Assembly (NCBI GenBank): GCA_017644045.1
Contig: JAEPMI010000013.1
Span: forward strand, 327,556-391,555
Origin: Deltaproteobacteria bacterium
GTDB lineage: Bacteria; Myxococcota_A; Polyangia; Polyangiales; Houyiibacteriaceae
DNA: 64,000 nt
Direction: 5' to 3'
Below, piece after piece: positions 1 through 8,918 of the stretch (position 1 is its first letter; each line of letters starts with the position of its first letter). Both the position numbers and the translations under genes were made by a program. The notes beneath the pieces are model-generated. The model was not told the origin of the DNA, did not search any database, and saw only the letters and a program-made list of their open reading frames with translations.

Positions 1-847
1 AGCCAAGGCGAAGACCCTGGCCGCCGAGGGCAAGGTGCGCGTGGATGGCCACCGGGTCCGGAAGGGCCACCGGGTCGCCGCCGGCGAGGTCGTCACCCTC
101 GAGGAGCTCCCGCCCCCCAGCGACTTCGATCCCGCGCCCAACGCCGAGCTGGCGCTGCAGATCGCTCACGAGGACGAGCACCTCGTGGTGGTCGACAAGC
201 AGGCGGGTGTCCCCTGTCACCCGCTCCGCCCCGACGAGCGCGACACCATCGCGAACGCCCTCGTGGCGCGCTACCCGGAGATGATCGGCATCGGCCACGC
301 CAACCGCGAAGCCGGCCTGCTCCACCGCCTCGACAACGACACCAGCGGGCTCCTGCTCGCGGCGCGGGACCGCGCGACTTTCGAGCGCCTGAGCGAGGAG
401 CTCGCCGAGCGCCGGGTCGACAAGCGCTACGCCGCGCTCTGTCGGGGCTTCGTCCACGCCCCGGCCTTCATCGACTGGCCCATCGCCCACGACAAGGCCG
501 ATCGCCGCCGGATGCTGGTCTGCGAGCGCCCCGAAGAGGCGGACCGGATGGGCGCGCGCCCCGCGTCGACCGAGGTGCTCGAGGCCGATCTGGTCGGTTC
601 GGGCGCCTTCAGCCTGGTCGAGGTCCGAGCCAAGAGCGCTCGCCGCCATCAGGTTCGGGCCCACCTGGCATCGCTGGGTCACCCGCTGGCAGGCGACGAG
701 CTCTACGGGGGACCCCCGATCGACGGGCTCGACCGCCACTTCCTCCATGCCTCCCGCATCGTGCTCACCGGCGCCGACGGGAAGCGGCTCGAGCTCCGCT
801 CGGAGCTGCCGCCGGACCTGGCGGCCGTCGTCCGCGGCCTCGAGTGA
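1..847 (+). CDS. RluA/RluD-family pseudouridine synthase, 5' end cut by window edge
   Basis: The frame is open from base 2, and the listed GTG start at 35 lies inside an S4-like segment (AKAKTLAAEGKVRVDGHRV). Catalytic-Asp motif HRLDNDTSGLLL is present. The C-terminal RRHQVRAHLASLGHPLAGDELYG is typical of the RluA family. Confidence 0.85.
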   Translation, partial: AKAKTLAAEGKVRVDGHRVRKGHRVAAGEVVTLEELPPPSDFDPAPNAELALQIAHEDEHLVVVDKQAGVPCHPLRPDERDTIANALVARYPEMIGIGHANREAGLLHRLDNDTSGLLLAARDRATFERLSEELAERRVDKRYAALCRGFVHAPAFIDWPIAHDKADRRRMLVCERPEEADRMGARPASTEVLEADLVGSGAFSLVEVRAKSARRHQVRAHLASLGHPLAGDELYGGPPIDGLDRHFLHASRIVLTGADGKRLELRSELPPDLAAVVRGLE

Positions 848-853
848 CGGCTG

Positions 854-888
854 CGTGAACGTCGCCCTTCGTAAGGTGAGCGTTCACG
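854..888. terminator. Hairpin CGTGAACG / CGTTCACG (8-bp arms, 19-nt loop) between two plus-strand genes
   Basis: Inverted repeat read directly in the 45-bp spacer after the stop at 845-847. There is no T-tract, so its function (terminator or operator) is uncertain. Confidence 0.25.
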
Positions 889-901
889 AGACTTGGCTAG
901 G

Positions 902-2314
902 ATGCGCGCCATGGCTCGCTTCCTCGCGCTCAGCTTGATCTTCGCGCTCGCCTGCGGCGACGACGACTCGACCTCGGACGACACCCTCGACGCCGGACCG
1001 ACCGATGGCGGTCCGCGCGACCAGGGCCCGCCCGACGGCGGCGCGTGCTCCCAGGCGCCGACCGTCACTCCCGACGATCCGCCCGACGCGGGCCCGGCCG
1101 CGCCCGCTCCGACCGAGGACTGCGGCGAGCCGACCTTCACCGACGACACCGTCCTGCGCCGCTGGCCCTACCTGCAGAGCGTCAGCCCGACCACCGCGAA
1201 AGTGATCTGGACGACCACCGGTGGCGGCGAGGGCTCGGTCCGCATTCGCGCAGCCGGGGACACCGAGTGGACCACCGTGGTCGCCGACGCCGAGCTCTTC
1301 GACACGGTTCGCACCGAGGACGAGGTCGACTACTCCGCCTACCTCGCGGAGCTCACCGGGCTGAGCCCGTCGAGCGCCTACTGCTACGAGGTCCTCGAGG
1401 ACGGCGAGACCCTCGCTTCCAACCTGACCCTCCGCACCGGCTGGGTCGGTGCGGGTGCCGACGAGGGGAGCCGCCCGCTCCGGATCATCGCCTTCGGCGA
1501 CAGCGGGAACGGCAGCCCCGAGCAGGCGGGGGTCCGAGACGTCTTCATGGAGGACGACTACGACCTCTTCCTCCACCTCGGCGACATGGCCTACGGCGAC
1601 GGCACCTTCGTCGAGTTCGAGACGAACATGTTCCAGGTCTACCGGGATTTCCTCCATCGGGTCCCGAGCTGGCCGACCATCGGCAACCACGAGTTCAAGA
1701 CCGACAGCGGCCAGCCCTACCGCGACGTCTACTACCTGCCCGAGCAGGCGTTCCGCGAGGAGGAGCAGGAGTACTACTACTCCTTCGATCAGGGGAACGT
1801 GCACTTCGTCTCCGTCGACTCGAACGAGGCCCGCATCATCCCGATCGCGCTCGACACCGCGGACCGCTTCGACGACGACATGATCGACTGGCTCGCCGCG
1901 GACCTCGCCGCCTCGGACGCCGAGTGGAAGATCGCGATCTTCCACCACCCGCCCTACAGCTCGAGCAGCCGCTCACCGAACGGCACGGTCCGCGCGCAGA
2001 TCCTGCCCGTTCTCGAAGCCGGCGGTGTGGACCTCGTCCTCGTCGGCCACGACCATCACTACGAGCGGACCCACCCCATGCTCGGCGGCTGCATCGCGCC
2101 GGACCCGCTCAGCGGCATCACCTACGTCGTCGCCGGTGCAGGCGGCGCGGGCCTCCGCGGCGACGTCAACGACCAATGGTGGGCGGCCAGCAGCAACGAC
2201 GAGAAGCACAGCTTCTTCCGCATGACCATTCACGGCTGCGCCCTCCGCGGCGAAGCCGTGACCATCGACGGCGACATCATCGACCAGATCACCCTCGACG
2301 GCTGCGACCCCTGA
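902..2314 (+). CDS. Calcineurin-like metallophosphoesterase lipoprotein (purple-acid-phosphatase-like)
   Basis: Lipobox MRAMARFLALSLIFALACGDDD. Phosphoesterase motifs FGDSGNG, GDMAYGDG, GNHEF, FHHPPY and GHDHHYER are present. The ATG at 902 was chosen over the TTG at 893, so the start is approximate. Confidence 0.85.
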   Translation: MRAMARFLALSLIFALACGDDDSTSDDTLDAGPTDGGPRDQGPPDGGACSQAPTVTPDDPPDAGPAAPAPTEDCGEPTFTDDTVLRRWPYLQSVSPTTAKVIWTTTGGGEGSVRIRAAGDTEWTTVVADAELFDTVRTEDEVDYSAYLAELTGLSPSSAYCYEVLEDGETLASNLTLRTGWVGAGADEGSRPLRIIAFGDSGNGSPEQAGVRDVFMEDDYDLFLHLGDMAYGDGTFVEFETNMFQVYRDFLHRVPSWPTIGNHEFKTDSGQPYRDVYYLPEQAFREEEQEYYYSFDQGNVHFVSVDSNEARIIPIALDTADRFDDDMIDWLAADLAASDAEWKIAIFHHPPYSSSSRSPNGTVRAQILPVLEAGGVDLVLVGHDHHYERTHPMLGGCIAPDPLSGITYVVAGAGGAGLRGDVNDQWWAASSNDEKHSFFRMTIHGCALRGEAVTIDGDIIDQITLDGCDP

Positions 2315-2320
2315 ACCCCC

Positions 2321-2365
2321 GGGGACACTCCCCCCTCCCGGATCCCCCGCAAAAACAGGGGTCTC
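2321..2365. repeat. Intergenic repeat element, copy A (GGGGACACTCCCCCCTCCCGG + CCCC..GGGG hairpin + CTCC)
   Basis: Near-identical 21-22 nt core and similar flank recur at 35912-35957. Both copies lie immediately downstream of plus-strand stop codons. Confidence 0.6.
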
Positions 2366-2398
2366 CGAGACCAAAATGAAAACTCCCCCGACCGGGGG

Positions 2399-3340
2399 TC
2401 AGCCGCGGCTCTCCGCCGCCGGCTCCCGCCCCTTCGCTGCCGGATACGCCGCCCGCCGCACCCACGCCGCCTCCGGGTCCAGCCCGAGCTCGCGCAGCGC
2501 CGGGAAGATCTCGTGCTCCAGCGTCGCGTAGAAGATCATCGCGAACTGCCGCTCGCTCAGCGTGCCCAGGTTCGGCTCTTCCGCGTCCTCCCCCGGCACG
2601 ATCTCCATCTCCGAGTCGGCCAGGTCCTCGATCCGCACCTGCCCACACGTGGTCCGCTCGAAGCCCGCGAAGGACTTCGCCAGCTGCTCCTGCAGCGCCG
2701 CGCGACCCTCGTCGTCGAGCAACGGCACGAGCACCGCGAGCGACTCCCACCCGAAGCGGGCGTGGAACTGCTCGTCCCGCAGGATCTGCTCGGCGGCCGC
2801 ACGCGGAAGCGGGTCGGTCGCCACCGTGGCGACCGCTTCCAGCATGGGCTTCGACAAGGTCTCGCCGAGACAGCACGCGGTCAGGATTGCCCGCGACGCC
2901 CACGCGAAGAGCGCCTGCCGGTCGTCACCCCTGGGCGCGCTCGGCCACGGCTCCCGCGGCATGCGCCAGGCGAAGAAGTCCGCGGGCGCCGCGTCCGTTC
3001 GAGCCTCCGGGTAGAACGCCTCGGCCGTCCGAGCGCACAGCTCCACGTGCCGCACCTCGTCGGTGATCAGCCGGGCGAGCGCGCCGAGGATCTCCACCGG
3101 CGCGCGAGCCCGCGTCAGCGCATGGGTGACCGCGCTGAATTGCAGCACCGATCCATGCTCGGCGCGCGCGCGGGCCATCCAATGCCACGCCGCTCGGCGC
3201 CGGAGTGGCTCGGGGTACGCGCTGGGATCGAACGCTTCGATCGCCGGCCAAGGGTCGCGATGCACCTGGTTGCGGTGCATCGCGCCCAGCGACCGGGTGG
3301 TCTCCGCGAGGAGCTCGGAGGACGTCGGCTCCGACGTCAT
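2399..3340 (-). CDS. Ferritin-like (di-iron carboxylate type) protein, function unknown
   Basis: Two E...ExxH pairs are present: AEHGS...DEVRH and GETLS...DEQFH. Start is taken at MTSEPTSS (ATG 3340). The longer N-terminal extension to 3487 is Pro/Arg/Thr-rich and overlaps the upstream gene. Confidence 0.6.
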   Translation of the reverse strand: MTSEPTSSELLAETTRSLGAMHRNQVHRDPWPAIEAFDPSAYPEPLRRRAAWHWMARARAEHGSVLQFSAVTHALTRARAPVEILGALARLITDEVRHVELCARTAEAFYPEARTDAAPADFFAWRMPREPWPSAPRGDDRQALFAWASRAILTACCLGETLSKPMLEAVATVATDPLPRAAAEQILRDEQFHARFGWESLAVLVPLLDDEGRAALQEQLAKSFAGFERTTCGQVRIEDLADSEMEIVPGEDAEEPNLGTLSERQFAMIFYATLEHEIFPALRELGLDPEAAWVRRAAYPAAKGREPAAESRG

Positions 3341-3347
3341 CGGAGGG

Positions 3348-3617
3348 TCAGTCGCCGGCCGGGTTCGCGGTCGGAAGGGGCTCTTCCTCGGCCGCGACGT
3401 TGGTGTGCTCCTCTTCCTCGGGAGCGACGTTGGTGTGCGGCTCGCCCTCCTCGTGGGCGGCGACGTTGGTGTCCGGATCCTCGTCACCCGCGGCGACGTT
3501 GGTGTGGGGCTCTTCGGCCTCGCCGCCGCCGCAGCCCATGCCCATCGCCGGGGTGACCAGCAGGGCGCCGGTCACGGCAAAATGGAGGACGCGCTTCTTT
3601 CGCTCGGTGGTGCTCAT
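3348..3617 (-). CDS. Small acidic lipoprotein with four (E/D)nP(H/D)TNVA repeats
   Basis: MSTTERKKRVLHFAVTGALLVTPAMGMGCGGG lipobox, followed by EEPHTNVAAG / DEDPDTNVAAH / EEGEPHTNVAP / EEEEHTNVAAE. The DNA shows cgacgttggtgt four times with a 30-33 bp period. The stop lies 7 nt before the ferritin-like gene. Confidence 0.55.
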   Translation of the reverse strand: MSTTERKKRVLHFAVTGALLVTPAMGMGCGGGEAEEPHTNVAAGDEDPDTNVAAHEEGEPHTNVAPEEEEHTNVAAEEEPLPTANPAGD

Positions 3618-3698
3618 GGGGCGGAGCTTTCGCCGCCCCGCCCCCGATGGCAAGCGCTCGGCTGGACCGACACATGGGTTCACGGTAGAGCCCGCGCC

Positions 3699-4187
3699 AT
3701 GCAGGTCGCGGACAAGAAGGTCGTCACCCTCACGTACACGCTCTCGGACCCTGGCGGTGCCGAGCTGGAGCGCAGCGCGGAGGACTCCCCGCTGGTGTAT
3801 CTCCATGGCGCCAAGAACATCGTTCCGGGGCTCGAGAAGGAGCTCGCGGGCAAGTCGGAGGGCGACGAGTTCCAGGCGGTCGTCGCTCCGGAAGAGGGCT
3901 ACGGCCCGAAGCGTGGCCTCAAGCCGGTCCGTCTGCCGCGCTCCAGCTTCGCCAAGGACGCCGAGCTGAAGCCCGGCATCGCCTTCATGACCCGCGGTCC
4001 CCAGGGCCAGCCGATGCCGCTCTGGATCAAGAAGGTCCAGGGCCCGACGGTGATCTGCTCGGTCGAGCACCCCTTCGCCGGCATGGAGCTCCACTTCCGC
4101 GGGACCATCGTGGAGGTTCGCGACGCCACCGAGGAAGAGGTCGAGCACGGCCACGCCCACGGTCCCGGCAGCGCCCACGACCATTGA
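3699..4187 (+). CDS. slyD: FKBP-type peptidyl-prolyl isomerase SlyD with short His-rich tail
   Basis: 162 aa. VVTLTYTLSD...LVYLHG...GLEKEL...HPFAG..L.F...V matches the SlyD FKBP plus IF-domain layout. The tail is EHGHAHGPGSAHDH. Confidence 0.85.
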   Translation: MQVADKKVVTLTYTLSDPGGAELERSAEDSPLVYLHGAKNIVPGLEKELAGKSEGDEFQAVVAPEEGYGPKRGLKPVRLPRSSFAKDAELKPGIAFMTRGPQGQPMPLWIKKVQGPTVICSVEHPFAGMELHFRGTIVEVRDATEEEVEHGHAHGPGSAHDH

Positions 4188-4189
4188 GG

Positions 4190-4227
4190 AATCTCGACGC
4201 TCCCCCTTTGGGGAGCGCCGGAGATTG
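4190..4227 (+). terminator. GC-rich hairpin after slyD (CGCTCCCC-cttt-GGGGAGCG, flanked by AATCTC/GAGATT)
   Basis: Read directly 3 nt after the slyD stop. It has an 8-bp GC stem with a 4-nt loop and an outer 6-bp complementarity. There is no U-tract. Confidence 0.45.
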
Positions 4228-4292
4228 AACACGCAGACACGCGGGAGTTATCCTCTCCCACGGCGATTTTCCGACGGGACGAGGATTTCTTC

Positions 4293-5279
4293 ATGCGTGC
4301 CCATCGATCTCTTCTCTGCTTGGCGCTGGTGTTCGGCGGCTGCGACTGCGGTGATGACTCCACGGACGTGATGACCGACGACGCCGAGGACATGGGCGGC
4401 GGCGGCTCCGACATGAGCATGCCGACCGACGGAGAGGTCCCTGGAACCGACATGAGCGGCCCGACGGACCTCGGGCCCGTGGAGGACATGCTCCCGGACG
4501 GCAGCATCGTCCTCGATGGCGGCCGGGTCTGCTTCCCGGCGACCTGCCAAGGCAGCATCAACCACTGCGGCGACTGCGTGGACAACGACGGCGATGGGCT
4601 GGTCGACAGCGACGACCCAGACTGCCTCGGCCCCTGCGACAACAACGAGACCGGCCTCTATCACGGGCTTCCGGGCGGCGACACGCCCAACTGCAAGCTC
4701 GACTGCTACTACGACACCGACCAGGGCTCGGGGAACGATGGCTGCCGCTTCGACGCGCGCTGCGACCCGGAGAGCCCGGACGAGATCCCCAACTGCGTCT
4801 ACGACCCGACGCCGCCGCCTTCGGCGAACTGCGGAGACACGCAGACCGACGAGTGCATCGAGTTCTGTCAGCCGCTCACGCCCAACGGCTGTGACTGCTT
4901 CGGCTGCTGCGAGATTGGCGACCACACCGTCTTCGTCGGCTCCTACGACCCCGGGACCGACACGCACACCTGCACCCTCGAGCTCGCCCTCGCCGGTGAC
5001 CTCGAGGCCTGCCACGAGTGCACCCAGCAGATGGACTGCTTCAACGACTGCGGTCGCTGCGAGCTCTGCCTCGGCCGAGATCCCGAGGACCTGCCGGACG
5101 ACTGCTTCCCACCGCCGCCGACCGACATGGGTCCGCCGCCCGATGGGTCGACGCCCTCCGACATGTTCACGCCCGATCCCCGCTGTCCCGATGGGCGGCA
5201 GCCGTGTGGCGTCGAGGGCGACCCGATGTGTCCCGCCAACTACTTCTGCCTGACCGGCTGCTGCACCCTCTTCGGCTGA
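4293..5279 (+). CDS. Cysteine-rich secreted lipoprotein, unknown function
   Basis: Signal/lipobox MRAHRSLLCLALVFGGCDCGDD. Many Cys residues follow, including CGDCVDNDGDGLVDSDDPDCLGPC and CDCFGCCE, with a Pro-rich C-terminal part. Confidence 0.7.
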   Translation: MRAHRSLLCLALVFGGCDCGDDSTDVMTDDAEDMGGGGSDMSMPTDGEVPGTDMSGPTDLGPVEDMLPDGSIVLDGGRVCFPATCQGSINHCGDCVDNDGDGLVDSDDPDCLGPCDNNETGLYHGLPGGDTPNCKLDCYYDTDQGSGNDGCRFDARCDPESPDEIPNCVYDPTPPPSANCGDTQTDECIEFCQPLTPNGCDCFGCCEIGDHTVFVGSYDPGTDTHTCTLELALAGDLEACHECTQQMDCFNDCGRCELCLGRDPEDLPDDCFPPPPTDMGPPPDGSTPSDMFTPDPRCPDGRQPCGVEGDPMCPANYFCLTGCCTLFG

Positions 5280-5328
5280 TGCCACTTCGACCGCCGGACA
5301 GCTGGGCCCGCCCGAGCTAGGCTCGGGC

Positions 5329-6582
5329 GTGGTCACCCGTCGCATCCTCCTCGCGCTGCTCGTCACCGCGTTCGCCTGTGGTGACGATGACGGAGCGGGC
5401 GATGACGCGGGCCCGGCGGACGCCTTCGTACCGGTGGAGCCAGACCTCGGTGGGGACGCCGACGCGGGCGGCGAGTCGGACGCGTTCGTCACGGGACCGG
5501 ACCTCGGTCCGGCAGCGACCTACTTCGGCACCATCCGCTACGAAGACCGACCGCAGGACCAAGATGGCTTCACCGGCGCCATCGTGCCGACGCCCGCGCC
5601 GGGTGTCCTGGTCGACCTGCTCGACGGGAGCGGCGCCACCCTCGAGTCGGTCCGCACCGACGCGGACGGCGCCTACGTCTTCGAGGCGACCAGCGGCGGC
5701 GCCACGATCCGGGCCGCGAGCGACACGCTCTTCGGCGATCACCGCGCAGTGGTGATCGACCGCCGCCGCCGAGCCTCGCTCTACTCGTTGGAGGCCGTGG
5801 CGAACGAAGGCAGCGCCACCGATCTGCTGGCCGAAGCCTCGGGCGTGGGCGGCCCCTTCAACGTGGTCGCCGTCAGCTACCTCGCCTTCGAGACCTACGC
5901 GCCCTACGTCGGCGCGGCCGCACCCACGCTCGCGTATCGTTGGGAGCCGGGCCGCGCCTTCGGCTGCGGGTCTTGCTACGGCGACGACGAGATCTCACTG
6001 GGCGGGGGTACCGACGACACCGACGAGTACGACGACGTCATCATCGTTCACGAGCTCGGTCACTACTTCGTCGAGCACTACTCGGCCGACTCGTCGCCTG
6101 GCGGAAGCCATCGCGACCTGCAGGTCGAGCCGGTCCTCGCGTACGGCGAAGGCCTCGCCTACGCGTTCGCCGGTGTGGTCCTCGGCGCTCCCTGGGTCAT
6201 CGACACCTTCATCGACGATACGCGCTTCATCGACTTCGAGGAGATGACGATCGACGGCGCGGGCGATCCGACCTTCACGGGCACCACCACCGGCACCGCC
6301 ACCGGCAACCTCCGCGAGGAGATCGTCAGCGGGATCCTGTGGGACGCCTTCGACCCCGCCAGCGGCTCGGAGCCCTTCGATCGCGTGGCGCTCGGCCTCG
6401 ACGGCTGGATGCGCCTGCTCGTCGATCACTTCGGCGCGGGCGGTCTCTCCGACCGCGGCGCCACCGGCATCGATCTCACCGACTTTCTCGACGCCCTCGT
6501 CTGCGTCAGCGACGTCCCGGCAGCGGACGTCGCCGCGCTCGCCGACGACCGCGAGTTCCCCTGGTCGGCGCCCGACTGCTGA
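5329..6582 (+). CDS. Putative zinc metalloprotease lipoprotein (HExxH)
   Basis: Lipobox LLALLVTAFACGDDDG and zincin motif VIIVHELGHYFVEHY. No finer family assignment is possible by eye. Confidence 0.65.
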   Translation: MVTRRILLALLVTAFACGDDDGAGDDAGPADAFVPVEPDLGGDADAGGESDAFVTGPDLGPAATYFGTIRYEDRPQDQDGFTGAIVPTPAPGVLVDLLDGSGATLESVRTDADGAYVFEATSGGATIRAASDTLFGDHRAVVIDRRRRASLYSLEAVANEGSATDLLAEASGVGGPFNVVAVSYLAFETYAPYVGAAAPTLAYRWEPGRAFGCGSCYGDDEISLGGGTDDTDEYDDVIIVHELGHYFVEHYSADSSPGGSHRDLQVEPVLAYGEGLAYAFAGVVLGAPWVIDTFIDDTRFIDFEEMTIDGAGDPTFTGTTTGTATGNLREEIVSGILWDAFDPASGSEPFDRVALGLDGWMRLLVDHFGAGGLSDRGATGIDLTDFLDALVCVSDVPAADVAALADDREFPWSAPDC

Positions 6583-6592
6583 TCGCCGATTG

Positions 6593-7840
6593 CTAGAGCT
6601 TGCCCTTGCCGACGATCACGTCGGCGAGGGTGCACTCGGCGTCGCCGCTCGTGGCCTGCTGGAGCTCGTCGAGCTTCTCGGTCTTCACCTCGGCGCCGCG
6701 GATGGTGTCGAGCACCTCCTTCACGCTGGTGTCTTTGGCGCCCCGGATCAGCGCGACCCGTGGTCGCTGGTCTCGGCCGACGACCCGCACGAGCTTCCCG
6801 CGCCGTAGCGGGTCGAGCGCCTTCTCCAGCATCGCGCGCGGCACGCCGAGCCGGCGCGCGAGGGTGCGCAGCCGAGGCGGCGGGCGACCGGCCACCTCCG
6901 CTGCGGCCACGGCCTCCACCGCCGCGGCGGCGACGCCCTCCATCAGCCGGGAGCCCGGCCACGGCTCGCCGAGGCGGTAGCCGTAGTTCTGCCAGTCGTT
7001 GAGGAACGCCGCGACCTCGGCGCCGAGCAGCACCATCAACCAGCTCGAGAAGACCCAGAGCAGGAAGAGCGGCACGGCTGCGAGACCCGCATAGAGCGCG
7101 TCGTATCGAGCGACGATCACCTGCGCCTGCAGCTCGACCCAGAACGTGGCGTAGCCGAGGACGGCGGCGACCAGCCCACCGATGATCGCCGACTTCCACG
7201 GGACCGGTGCGTTCGCGACACCCTTGTAGAGCCCGGCACAGCCGATGGTCCCCAGGAAGACCGCGATCACGTGCAGGAGCTGCTTTGGGAACGCCGTGTC
7301 GACGTGCAGCTTGTGCATCACCGCCGCGAAGAGGGTGATCAGTCCGGCAGCGATCGGCAGGAGGAGGAAGAGCCCGAAGTAGTCCCGAAGCCGTCGCTCC
7401 CATCGGCGGTCCTGATCGGCGTCGAAGACGTCGTTCAGCGCGCCCTCCATCGCGGAGAACACCAGGACCACCGCGTAGAGGAGGACCGGCAGACCACCCC
7501 AGCCGAGCGCCCCGAGGTCTGCCCCATCGACCGTGGCCAGGAGCTGCCGCAGGGCCGTGGCCAGCGAGGTCTCCGTGCCTTCCGTCTCCTCACCGAAGGC
7601 CGCTCCCAGCCAGGGGTCCAGCACCTCGCGGCGGAGCGGTGAGTAGAGTCCGGTCAGGTCCAGGATCGCCACGACCAGCACCAAAAACGGCACCGCGGCG
7701 AAGGCCGTATCGAAGGCGAGACCACTCGCCTTCTCGAGCGGACGACGGTGGAGGAACCCCTTGGCGACCCATTTGACCGCTCCCCAGAGGTTGGGCTTGG
7801 TCCGCCAGTCGACGCCTACCACAGCCCATGGCTGCGACAT
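6593..7840 (-). CDS. YihY/BrkB (virulence factor BrkB / RNase BN-like) family membrane protein
   Basis: Start is taken at MSQPWAVVG (ATG 7840). Multi-pass hydrophobic core has the family-like segment YKGVANAPVPWKSAIIGGLVAAVLGY...LYAGLAAVPLFLLWVFSSWLMVLLGAEVAAF. The N-terminal 235 aa of the long ORF were rejected. Confidence 0.8.
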   Translation of the reverse strand: MSQPWAVVGVDWRTKPNLWGAVKWVAKGFLHRRPLEKASGLAFDTAFAAVPFLVLVVAILDLTGLYSPLRREVLDPWLGAAFGEETEGTETSLATALRQLLATVDGADLGALGWGGLPVLLYAVVLVFSAMEGALNDVFDADQDRRWERRLRDYFGLFLLLPIAAGLITLFAAVMHKLHVDTAFPKQLLHVIAVFLGTIGCAGLYKGVANAPVPWKSAIIGGLVAAVLGYATFWVELQAQVIVARYDALYAGLAAVPLFLLWVFSSWLMVLLGAEVAAFLNDWQNYGYRLGEPWPGSRLMEGVAAAAVEAVAAAEVAGRPPPRLRTLARRLGVPRAMLEKALDPLRRGKLVRVVGRDQRPRVALIRGAKDTSVKEVLDTIRGAEVKTEKLDELQQATSGDAECTLADVIVGKGKL

Positions 7841-7990
7841 TCCGGGCCGTCCGGCAAGGGTTTGGCGCACGTTCCGCGAAAACGTCGCAGGTGGGGGGTA
7901 GCGTCCGCTCGATTGATCGTTACATGTGTTCAGTGCTCGACGCTTGCGCAGTAGTCGCACCAGAGCACCCCCTCGAACGAGGAGCCTCCA

Positions 7991-8878
7991 ATGACCCTCT
8001 CCATGGAACAGACCAGCCTGCCCTTCGTTGCCGATCGCTTCGACAACGCCTCCCTCGGCGCCCATCTCGGCGCCATCGCGGATGCGCTCGAGGCCGGCCG
8101 TGAGAGCGTGCACCGGGTCCGCGCCTTTCGCGCCGCCGCCGTCTCGGTCGCCAACGCGGCCAAGCCCGTCGCCGAGCTCGGCCGGCAGGAGCTCGAGGAG
8201 ATCCCCGGGGTCGGTCCCCGCATCGCCGGCGTCATCCTCGACCACGTGGCCGGTCGCTCGGGCATGCTCGAGCGGCTCCACCGCCACGTTCGTCCCTCCG
8301 ACCACCTGACCCTTCTCGACGGGGTCGGTGAGACCCTCGCCGACCGCATCCGGGAGACCCTGGGCGCGGAGACCCTCGAGGCCCTCGAGACTCAGATCGA
8401 CCGCCTCGAAGAGGTGGAAGGTGTCGGCCGCTCCAAGGCGGAGCGGATCCGCGAGAGCCTCGAGGCTCGGCTCGCCCGCCGGCGTCAGCCCGTTCGCGCG
8501 CATCGAAACCCGCCCGTTCGGCTGCTCCTCGAGGTCGACGAGCACTACCGCCAGGCCGTCGCCGAGGGCTCGCTACCGCGCTTCGCTCCCCGCCGGAACA
8601 ACCCGAGCGGCGAGCGCTGGCTACCGATCCTCCGCACCGAGCTCGAGGGTTGGAGCTTCCGAGCGATGTTCTCCAACTCCGACCTGGCCCACGACCTCGG
8701 CCGCACCGACGACTGGGTCGTGGTGCTCGCCGAGCGCGAGGGCGAGGAGAGCCGGGCGACCATCGTGACCGAGAAGCGGGGCCGGCTCTCCGGTCAGCGC
8801 GTCGTTCGGGGCCGCGAAGGCGAGAGCCGCCGCCATCACCTCGATCGAGCGGTGGCCCCGGCGTCGCACGCCGCCTGA
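7991..8878 (+). CDS. Helix-hairpin-helix domain protein (Pol X N-terminal-like DNA-binding protein)
   Basis: Repeated HhH signatures LEEIPGVGPRIAGVI, LLDGVGETLADRI and LEEVEGVGRSKAERI. GAGGAG Shine-Dalgarno lies 7 nt upstream of the ATG. Confidence 0.6.
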   Translation: MTLSMEQTSLPFVADRFDNASLGAHLGAIADALEAGRESVHRVRAFRAAAVSVANAAKPVAELGRQELEEIPGVGPRIAGVILDHVAGRSGMLERLHRHVRPSDHLTLLDGVGETLADRIRETLGAETLEALETQIDRLEEVEGVGRSKAERIRESLEARLARRRQPVRAHRNPPVRLLLEVDEHYRQAVAEGSLPRFAPRRNNPSGERWLPILRTELEGWSFRAMFSNSDLAHDLGRTDDWVVVLAEREGEESRATIVTEKRGRLSGQRVVRGREGESRRHHLDRAVAPASHAA

Positions 8879-8918
8879 TCACCGTTCAGCACGGCAGGAG
8901 CTGTAAGCGCCGAAGTGC

